Positions 18,384-24,596 of a stretch of DNA of 64,000 bases are shown here, in pieces. Numbering within the stretch: the first letter of the stretch is position 1; each line of letters starts with the position of its first letter. This DNA comes from a virus: positions 1 to 64,000 of IMG/VR virus record IMGVR_UViG_3300045988_106851; one strand, written 5' to 3'. The translations under genes and the position numbers were made by a program. The notes beneath the pieces were generated by a model. That model was given only the letters and a program-made list of their open reading frames with translations. It did no database searches and had not been told where the DNA came from.

Positions 18384-18553
18384 AAATCAGACTGGCAAAG
18401 AAAATAATGAACACGAGGACAGACCGCCTTGCCGCATATTGGTATGACAGGTTGGTTGATACCTTGGTCGCTCAAACAAGGATAGACCATCGAATCAAAA
18501 AGGCGGCAAGGCTAATAAGCAAGTACAATTACAAAAAATTCAACAAGCAGTAA
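18380..18553 (+). CDS. 57-aa protein (MKIRLAKKIM family)
   Basis: Not in the track. MKIRLAKKIMNTRTDRLAAYWYDRL...HRIKKAARL is paralogous to the 25600-25812 product (MKIRLAKKIMAQQ...HRLIKAMKML). Confidence 0.45.
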   Translation: MKIRLAKKIMNTRTDRLAAYWYDRLVDTLVAQTRIDHRIKKAARLISKYNYKKFNKQ

Positions 18554-18608
18554 ACTACCTACAGGCTAAAGACCTATGGGTTTTACGGCACTCAATATAA
18601 ATGATAAT
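18554..18608 (+). repeat. conserved intergenic cassette, copy 2
   Basis: ACTACCtacagGCTAAAGACCtatgGGTTTTACGgCACTcAaTATAAA aligns with 16804-16860. Confidence 0.6.
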
Positions 18609-18695
18609 ATGAGAACAATTAAGTTTAAGGCTAAGACATTGAAGGATGGCGAATACTTTAAGACTGAAGAAGAAAAGGAGGCCGACAATGATTAA
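18609..18695 (+). CDS. 28-codon mini-ORF with a YopX-like N-terminal motif (possibly a remnant)
   Basis: MRTIKFKAKTLKDGEYFKTEEEKEADND. The stop overlaps the ATG at 18688 of the following reading frame. Confidence 0.3.
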   Translation: MRTIKFKAKTLKDGEYFKTEEEKEADND

Positions 18696-19149
18696 AGCAG
18701 AAGACCTTAGAATAGGCGACATTGTGCAGACAAACAAAGACTGCATGTTTCCGAAAGACACATTGTGCATCGTTACCGAAATCCATCCCGACCGACAGTT
18801 TAATGACAAAAAGGGAGTCGTCAGTCTGAAGGCTGTCAACGACGAAGACGACGGTCCCTGGGGGACATGGTGCTGCAACATCGATGGCGTGCCCATCACG
18901 CCCGAAATACTTCGCAATAATGACTTTAAGGAAGAAGTCGAAGGCAAATACTTCACAAGGCCAATCAAAGTCAGAGCAGGCAGTTCCCTTGCCAGATATT
19001 TGGCTGTAGAACGAAAAAAATACGCTTGGGCAATATTCATAAAGTATTACAACGTGACAGGCTATGCACTCTTATGTCATGTAAAGTACGTTCACGAACT
19101 ACGGCTCGCCCTTAAAATAGTAAAATTTAATCCGGAAATGAAAGTATAA
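18646..19149 (+). CDS. hypothetical protein
   Basis: 167-codon ORF. An alternative ATG at 18688 (MIKAEDL) is translationally coupled to the mini-ORF at 18609-18695. Confidence 0.5.
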   Translation: MANTLRLKKKRRPTMIKAEDLRIGDIVQTNKDCMFPKDTLCIVTEIHPDRQFNDKKGVVSLKAVNDEDDGPWGTWCCNIDGVPITPEILRNNDFKEEVEGKYFTRPIKVRAGSSLARYLAVERKKYAWAIFIKYYNVTGYALLCHVKYVHELRLALKIVKFNPEMKV

Positions 19150-19177
19150 TGTGGATGAATAAGTAAGTAACAAAACA

Positions 19178-19312
19178 ATGACTGACATTAAGATTTCGGT
19201 GCATCCGTTTGGCCATAAGCTCGAATGGCGAGGATGGGGGGGTAACTTCTCGCCTGCTCTACGAGCCACCGACTACAAATGCCCTCACTGTATAATGATT
19301 GAATATGACTAA
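19178..19312 (+). CDS. C5-methyltransferase TRD-like mini-protein (module a)
   Basis: 44 aa: ...WGGNFSPALRATDYKCPHCIMIEYD. Has a TRD-like xPxLRAxDYK core and an IEYD-stop tag. The next ATG is embedded at 19305. Confidence 0.55.
   Translation: MTDIKISVHPFGHKLEWRGWGGNFSPALRATDYKCPHCIMIEYD
19236..19242 (+). repeat. coding G7 homopolymer (in frame)
   Basis: TGG GGG GGT encodes WGG in module a. Confidence 0.9.
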
Positions 19313-19439
19313 GCAACACCCATTCGATGATTTTCATCAGCGCATTCATTGGGACGGCAACTCCATCGGAACCGTTACCCAGCAATGGGGCAATCCTGCG
19401 CCGAGGCACGGATGGCGAATAATGACAGAATATGATTAA
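19305..19439 (+). CDS. TRD-like mini-protein (module b)
   Basis: 44 aa: ...NSIGTVTQQWGNPAPRHGWRIMTEYD, ending in EYD-stop. The next ATG is at 19432. Confidence 0.5.
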   Translation: MTKQHPFDDFHQRIHWDGNSIGTVTQQWGNPAPRHGWRIMTEYD

Positions 19440-19758
19440 CCCTCACACGCCCCGCTACAAGCGCGGCACCATCACCAAGGACGGCAAGCTATACGGACGC
19501 TATCCCGACGGTTCGCTCTACCGCATCTACTCCACCTCTGACCGACCCTTCCTTCAGATTGTTGACCGCAAGGGCGAGACGTTCCTTCGCATACGCCAAG
19601 CCACCGAGCAGGGCTATACCGACTGCCCTTGCCCTGGTGCTGCCGACCTCAGCTATTCCTCCTCGGCTCTAAGGCGCAGCAGGACGGTTGGGGGGGGTAA
19701 GCTGGTGAACGCTCTGACCGCAGCAAGCGGAGGGGCGTGCGTGTTTGTTGAATTATGA
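19432..19758 (+). CDS. TRD-like protein (module c)
   Basis: 108 aa: ...TVGGGKLVNALTAASGGACVFVEL, carrying the VEL-stop tag shared with modules f and o. Confidence 0.5.
   Translation: MINPHTPRYKRGTITKDGKLYGRYPDGSLYRIYSTSDRPFLQIVDRKGETFLRIRQATEQGYTDCPCPGAADLSYSSSALRRSRTVGGGKLVNALTAASGGACVFVEL
19690..19697 (+). repeat. coding G8 homopolymer (in frame)
   Basis: GTT GGG GGG GGT encodes VGGG in module c. Confidence 0.9.
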
Positions 19759-19765
19759 CTTGAAT

Positions 19766-19942
19766 ATGCTTAGAGCAAAGGCAATATCAATAATGGTGAA
19801 AAAGGTGGAGCAGACCATGGTGTTTCAGAACATGCAAGCCAAAGGTCTGATAACGCCTCGCTCGCTTGATGGCGAATGTTTTACTCTTACGTCTGCAATG
19901 GGATTAGGGGGGGCAAACGCCTGTAATAGTAAAGGTATATGA
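19766..19942 (+). CDS. TRD-like mini-protein (module d), C-terminus probably out of the conserved frame
   Basis: ...GECFTLTSAMGLGG then ANACNSKGI-stop as assembled. One fewer G gives GGQTPVIVKVYD-stop at 19944-19946, which recreates the canonical TATGACTAA junction. Confidence 0.5.
   Translation: MLRAKAISIMVKKVEQTMVFQNMQAKGLITPRSLDGECFTLTSAMGLGGANACNSKGI
19907..19913 (+). repeat. coding G7 homopolymer (breaks the conserved frame)
   Basis: See module d. G6 or G9 would restore the Y-D-stop tag. Confidence 0.8.
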
Positions 19943-20070
19943 CTAAATACGACCTCTACCAATATCCTCGTGGCTACAACGACGGAGGTAGATTAGGCAC
20001 TGACGTTTGCCCGACCTTGACAATCAATTCGTGGCAGCAAAATGTATTTCTGATTGAAGAATATGAATAA
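19939..20070 (+). CDS. TRD-like mini-protein (module e)
   Basis: 43 aa: MTKYDLYQYPRGYNDGGRLGTDVCPTLTINSWQQNVFLIEEYE, with a classic PTLT TRD core. Confidence 0.6.
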   Translation: MTKYDLYQYPRGYNDGGRLGTDVCPTLTINSWQQNVFLIEEYE

Positions 20071-20082
20071 AGCAAAGACAAT

Positions 20083-21418
20083 ATGATCACAAAACTCAAT
20101 TTCACCGACCGCACCATCAAGAGCTATGCTATCCGTAAGCTCACGCCAAAGGAGTGTTTCCGCTTGATGGGCGTTCGCGACAACGTAATCGGCACGATGC
20201 AGAGCAGCAATGCCCAAGCAGCCGAACGTTTGCCCGACTGGAAGGGCAAGGGCAAACCCGAAGACATGGCTATATCTGCCTCACAGCAGTACAAGCAAGC
20301 CGGAAACTCAATCGTGGTGGACGTGTTGGCCCACATCTACGAGCAACTTTTCTATCCCGCACCGCCCAAGCCCCGCAAGCAGGAACAGCTCACGCTCTTC
20401 GCCGACCTTGATGACTCGCTGCCCGCCATGCCACCAACAGCCGGAGAACGTGGTAAGGAAAATCTTTTCCTCACCACGTTCTCCGGCTACGACTCGCAGC
20501 TCATGGCAGCCGACGTGCTATGCGAGTGGCATCCCGACTTCCGATGGACATGCGTAGGATGGAGCGACATCGACAAATACGCCTGTCAGATGCACAACCT
20601 CGTCTTCCCTCAGTTTGCCGACTGCGCCCTTGGCGACATCACCAAGATTGACTGGCATGAGGTGAAACGCTCGCTCCATGGGCGCGAGGTTGACATCTTC
20701 ACCTATTCCTCGCCTTGCCAGGACATCAGCCAAGCCGGAAAGCAAATGGGACTGAAAGAGGGTAGCGACACACGCTCCGCCTTGCTTTGGCGTGTGGCGG
20801 ATGCCGTGGAGGTGCTTCGCCCGAAGTATCTCTTGCAGGAGAACGTGGCGGCACTGGTAAGCCAGAAGTTCATGCCCGACTTTCAGAAGTGGCTCGACAA
20901 ACTCTCGTCGCTCGGCTACGTCTCTCGCTGGGCTCGTCTCTCGCTGGGCTCGTCTCAACGCCAAGAACTACGGTGTGCCGCAGAACCGCGACCGTGTGTT
21001 CTGCATCTCCATGCGCCAGGACGTAGCCTTCGACTATCAGTTTCCCGAACCCTTCGAGCTGCGCACCCGACTGGAGGACGTGTTGGAAAATGAGGTAGCC
21101 GACCGTTATTTCCTAAAAGACGATGCCGTGAGCAAATCCCTCAAGGCTAACGACTCCGACAACGCCCTCTTCGTGCAGTTTGATTTGCCACCGACACACG
21201 AGGCAGCAATGTTCTTGAAAACGTGGCTCACGTTGTGGATGCAAGCAGCCGATGGTTGGAAAATGACATCTACAAGTCTTCAGCTCGCCCTTTATTCGGC
21301 AAAGCAGAAAATGGAGCTGTCTTATTCCGTGTTCACGGATAAGGGAGTGGCTGCGTTAGGCGATGAGTTTCAATTGTTGTTCAAGGAGAATATGGAGAGG
21401 AAGAAGGATGCGAACTGA
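20083..21418 (+). pseudogene. dcm: circularly permuted cytosine-C5 DNA methyltransferase core, frameshifted by a 16-bp tandem duplication
   Basis: Motif order: IX (RKLTPKECFRLMG), X (YKQAGNSIVV), linker, I (LFLTTFSGYDS), IV (YSSPCQDIS), VI (LLQENV). The frame then breaks at 20920-20951, and motif VIII (GVPQNRDRVFCIS) continues in another frame to 21418. Confidence 0.8.
20920..20951 (+). repeat. perfect 16-bp tandem duplication (GTCTCTCGCTGGGCTC x2)
   Basis: Read directly at 20920-20935 and 20936-20951. Deleting one copy gives the continuous sequence ...LGYVSRWARLNAKNYGVPQNRDRVFCIS. Confidence 0.95.
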
Positions 21419-21599
21419 CAACCCGCCCGACCGTGTAATCCGTATCATAGCTGATATGATTAGGGGTGGTAGGTTGCTCACCTGCCCTGCCTCAATGTTC
21501 AGCGCAGAGCGTTTCAACGGAGCCTTTCACGGCATAGCAATAACCATCATGTCGCGCACCGATTGCAGCGACGTATTCTTTGTAGCAGTAGAATTATGA
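21408..21599 (+). CDS. TRD-like mini-protein (module f)
   Basis: 63 aa: ...HGIAITIMSRTDCSDVFFVAVEL. The ATG overlaps the core stop. Carries the VEL-stop tag, with the next ATG embedded at 21596. Confidence 0.5.
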   Translation: MRTDNPPDRVIRIIADMIRGGRLLTCPASMFSAERFNGAFHGIAITIMSRTDCSDVFFVAVEL

Positions 21600-21742
21600 C
21601 ACTCCCTTTCAACACCGAATCCGACGGTACATCACATACTATTAAATCCCAATATTTCAAAATGGGAGCAGCGAATGTGCTCGACATTTCGTTTGACGGT
21701 GCCAACTTTAAAGCCACTGGCGCAATCGTGATATATGAATAA
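21596..21742 (+). CDS. TRD-like mini-protein (module g)
   Basis: 48 aa: ...GTSHTIKSQYFKMGAANVL...ATGAIVIYE. Confidence 0.55.
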   Translation: MTLPFNTESDGTSHTIKSQYFKMGAANVLDISFDGANFKATGAIVIYE

Positions 21743-21887
21743 CAACCCTCGACCCATCATCCTCGGCTCCTACAGCCCCTCGCAGAACGGCATCATCGTG
21801 TCACCACACGGCATAGCCTTGTGCATAGCCGGGGGTGGTAAGGGCCACGATGTGGACAAACCGAAAATACTGATAGAATATGATTGA
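21735..21887 (+). CDS. TRD-like mini-protein (module h)
   Basis: 50 aa: ...SPHGIALCIAGGGKGHDVDKPKILIEYD. Confidence 0.55.
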   Translation: MNNNPRPIILGSYSPSQNGIIVSPHGIALCIAGGGKGHDVDKPKILIEYD

Positions 21888-22062
21888 CCGTTCCGTCCTC
21901 GTCCACTACCGCACCGAAGAGGCGAAAGCCTACCGCCGCGAGCATGGCGACCGTGGAGGGTGCAAATACCAAGACAAACTGCATCTCCCCAGTCCGTGGC
22001 CGTGGAGTAATTCGATAACAACAGTAACAAAAGACAACCTCCTATGCGTAATATTCAGATAG
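21880..22062 (+). CDS. TRD-like mini-protein (module i)
   Basis: 60 aa: ...RTEEAKAYRREHGD...NSITTVTKDNLLCVIFR. The next ATG (22044) lies inside its 3' end. Confidence 0.5.
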   Translation: MIDRSVLVHYRTEEAKAYRREHGDRGGCKYQDKLHLPSPWPWSNSITTVTKDNLLCVIFR

Positions 22063-22218
22063 CTGCCTTCCGAGGTCGCGACCCCGACAACCCGTCCGAC
22101 CGCAAGCATCCCTCCTGCGGTCGTTTCCGTCAGCGCATGGAGATAAACGGGGGGGGGTACAACCAACACGCTTACGTCAGTAGGCAAGGATAATATGGCA
22201 TATATAGAGTATGAATAA
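22044..22218 (+). pseudogene. TRD-like module j, frameshifted at a G9 tract
   Basis: As assembled: ...QRMEINGGGYNQHAYVSRQG-stop at 22193. With G8: ...EINGGGTTNTLTSVGKDNMAYIEYE-stop at 22216-22218, with the canonical junction. Confidence 0.7.
22149..22157 (+). repeat. coding G9 homopolymer (breaks the conserved frame)
   Basis: Counted directly: gg + ggggggg. Confidence 0.9.
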
Positions 22219-22360
22219 TCAAATCCCATTCGTGCAACGCCTCTCGCGTTTCTGCCCACGTCGGGGCTACTCCACCGCCCTGTCCGCACGCTACGACGGA
22301 TGGGCAGGACTCTACGACGAGCACGGACAGCACACCATTGTATTGATAGAGTATGAATAA
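22211..22360 (+). CDS. TRD-like mini-protein (module k)
   Basis: 49 aa: ...RRGYSTALSARYDGWAGLYDEHGQHTIVLIEYE. Confidence 0.55.
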   Translation: MNNQIPFVQRLSRFCPRRGYSTALSARYDGWAGLYDEHGQHTIVLIEYE

Positions 22361-22493
22361 GTATATACTAAATTGCTCGTCAGGTATCTGTTGCGTTTTG
22401 GCCTCTCATTACGCAAGAGAAGGATGGGCGAACATAGCAAATAATACAACATCACAATGTAAAGCACCCGCAATATTGATAGAGTATGACTGA
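22353..22493 (+). CDS. TRD-like mini-protein (module l)
   Basis: 46 aa: ...SGICCVLASHYAREGWANIANNTTSQCKAPAILIEYD. Confidence 0.55.
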   Translation: MNKYILNCSSGICCVLASHYAREGWANIANNTTSQCKAPAILIEYD

Positions 22494-22665
22494 CAAGTAT
22501 TACATTGGCTGGGTACGCAGCGGCAAGGACGGCAAGGGCCTCGTAAAGAGCCGACCGTGCAAGCGGATAGCCAATGCCGTGACGACAATGGTCGGAAGAG
22601 GTATTGCCGACCCTCGCGACGGACTCGGCAACACCACACCGCATATAGTATATGAATATGAGTAA
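22486..22665 (+). CDS. TRD-like mini-protein (module m)
   Basis: 59 aa: ...RIANAVTTMVGRGIADPRDGLGNTTPHIVYEYE. Confidence 0.5.
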   Translation: MTDKYYIGWVRSGKDGKGLVKSRPCKRIANAVTTMVGRGIADPRDGLGNTTPHIVYEYE

Positions 22666-22685
22666 CCAATAAAACAAAAAAAACA

Positions 22686-23138
22686 ATGGAAAAAGAAACA
22701 AATAACCGTATGGAGGCACTTGCCTACATCATAGCCGACCTAAAGGCAGAGAACATAGAGCTGGTGCAGCGTGTGCATCAGCTTGTGGAGGATTACAACG
22801 ACGTAGCACGTCAGTTGCGTGGAATGGAGAAGCGTAAGGACGAAGACCAGTCAAGGCAGACGCTCGGCGAAATGATGCAGATGCGCGACCATTGCGACAA
22901 ACTGGAGGTTGAAAACAACAATTTGAAGACGTGCTTGATAGCAGTCAGCTCGTTTCTGCGAGACAAAAATCTGTATATGGCTAATGGCACATTATGTTCT
23001 TATGGGTCTGGCAATCCAGAAGTATGTCCTGAGTACTGCAAAAAATGTAACTCCTACCTAAGTACTTTAAAGGATGTTGGTGTGGTTTGCAGCAGAAGAC
23101 TTGCAGAAGCTTCCGTAATTTTTGCGAAGAGTAAATGA
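22686..23138 (+). CDS. coiled-coil protein with a Cys-rich C-terminus, hypothetical
   Basis: 150 aa with heptad-like N-terminal two-thirds. Inserted between TRD modules m and o. The stop overlaps the module-o ATG. Confidence 0.5.
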   Translation: MEKETNNRMEALAYIIADLKAENIELVQRVHQLVEDYNDVARQLRGMEKRKDEDQSRQTLGEMMQMRDHCDKLEVENNNLKTCLIAVSSFLRDKNLYMANGTLCSYGSGNPEVCPEYCKKCNSYLSTLKDVGVVCSRRLAEASVIFAKSK

Positions 23139-23297
23139 CACCAACAAAAACCCTCGTGGTCGGCATGATGCAGACGCCACCCTATGACCGCATGTTTGAG
23201 CAGAGCCGCCGCGTGTACTCCGCTCAGGGAATATCGCCCACGCTGCATACACAAGGGGGGGGGTGATAGAGAGATTAAGGTATTGGTGGAGCTGTAA
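23135..23297 (+). pseudogene. TRD-like module o, frameshifted at a G9 tract
   Basis: As assembled: ...RVYSAQGISPTLHTQGGG-stop (23264-23266). With G8: ...GGGDREIKVLVEL-stop at 23295-23297. Confidence 0.65.
23255..23263 (+). repeat. coding G9 homopolymer (breaks the conserved frame)
   Basis: Counted directly: gggggg + ggg. Confidence 0.9.
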
Positions 23298-23419
23298 GAA
23301 TGTCCGCTCCATATCGCCGACAACACCTATCTTTGTACATATCACTGATATGATACGAATGAGACTAACATCGTTTTCATTTGTTTCGTTTGGTGACAAA
23401 CAAAAACAACATTTCATCT

Positions 23420-23773
23420 ATGATACAACATCAGCATTGGGAAGACTCCACTCACATACTCATTACCGACGAGCAGCATCATGGCAGCATACAGGTGTTC
23501 ATCCCCAAGCGCACCGAAGACAAGCCCTTGGATGGCGAGGCTGACGCTCTCGTCTATTCGCTGTGGGTGGGCGAACGGCACCGTGGCCGTGGGGTGGCAA
23601 AACTCCTGATGGAGACAGCCGAAAGGGAACTGAAGCGCTGCGGCATAGCGACCGTCGCTATATCGTGGGATGGACGCGACTCTCCCCAATGGGTGTTGCA
23701 ATGGTATGAAAGGTTGGGCTACGAAGGAAAAGCGTTCGACTACCGCTGCTGCACGCTTCTTAAACGGTTGTAG
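23420..23773 (+). CDS. GNAT family N-acetyltransferase
   Basis: VGERHRGRGVAKLLMETAERELKRCG is the acetyl-CoA-binding (Q/R)xxGxG/A motif A. The first ATG is at 23420; the track ORF opens with TTG at 23381. Confidence 0.7.
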   Translation: MIQHQHWEDSTHILITDEQHHGSIQVFIPKRTEDKPLDGEADALVYSLWVGERHRGRGVAKLLMETAERELKRCGIATVAISWDGRDSPQWVLQWYERLGYEGKAFDYRCCTLLKRL

Positions 23774-24014
23774 CCAAACAAAAAAACTCATTCCGAAGGC
23801 CAAAGGACCGTACTCAGTGTGTCGCATGTCGCCACTCCGTCCAACGTATTTAACGGGCTCTGGTGCAGACGAGCGAGGAGAAGGAAAACCTCAAAAGCGT
23901 TCTTTGACTTGTTGGAATACCGCGAAAAAACAAGAAATTGTAAAACATTCCGCAAATTCCGCGCCGTTTATGTTTATATAACAATACAAAGTTGCCAGTG
24001 TGGTGATTTTCCCA

Positions 24015-24022
24015 TACCTTTG
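24015..24022 (+). promoter_or_regulatory. Bacteroidota-type -7 box candidate (TACCTTTG)
   Basis: TAnnTTTG, 47 nt upstream of the ATG at 24069. Confidence 0.35.
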
Positions 24023-24068
24023 CAACGCAAAATATACATAGCATAATACACTTATAGAATTTCGGCTT

Positions 24069-24596
24069 ATGAAAACAAACGCGCTCTCCGTCGCCAACTA
24101 TTTCATAGAGTTGTCTATAAAGGACAAGAAACCCATACACTTGCTTGGGCTTGTCAAACGTGTTTATATTGCACATGGATTCGCCTTGGCATTACTACAT
24201 CGTGGTTTAATAAACGAAAGGTTTGACAAGGTGGAGGCATGGAAATACGGACCGGTCATACCGTCCGTTTACCATTCATTCAAACAGTATCGAGCAAGGG
24301 AGATAACGGGGAAAACTGTTGTTATGGAATGGGACGAGAGAGAAAAATGTCCAATATTTGAAACTCCAAGCCTAACTGCCAAAGATGAGAAAAGAATAGT
24401 AGAGATGGTATGGAGAAGGTATATTTCATATTCAGATAGCGAGTTGGTAAGTTTAACCCACATGAAAGGTACTCCGTGGGACATGTGTTTCATTGAGGGG
24501 GAAAATGTAACGATTCCAGATATTCTTACAGAAGACTATTACAGAAGGCTAATTGAAAGAGTCGCGTCAAGAAAGGGTATCTCATGGGAAAATTAG
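24069..24596 (+). CDS. Panacea/DUF4065 (SocA/GepA-like) antitoxin-domain protein
   Basis: ALSVANYFIELS...HLLGLVKRVYIAHGFALA...VEAWKYGPVIPSVYHSFKQY matches the DUF4065 N-terminal pattern. Confidence 0.65.
   Translation: MKTNALSVANYFIELSIKDKKPIHLLGLVKRVYIAHGFALALLHRGLINERFDKVEAWKYGPVIPSVYHSFKQYRAREITGKTVVMEWDEREKCPIFETPSLTAKDEKRIVEMVWRRYISYSDSELVSLTHMKGTPWDMCFIEGENVTIPDILTEDYYRRLIERVASRKGISWEN

Noticed and set aside
20518-20964. 148-aa minus-strand ORF, plus the plus-strand ORFs 20154-20411 and 20210-20557
   Set aside because: They overlap the frame that carries clear C5-MTase motifs and have no motifs of their own.
19178-23297. Stop-codon reassignment (TAG or TGA recoding, as in some gut phages) as an explanation for the many short ORFs in the MTase locus
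   Set aside because: The junction stops are a mixture of TAA, TGA and TAG, and each is paired with an overlapping ATG in a different frame. The long structural genes elsewhere in the window are uninterrupted under the standard code.
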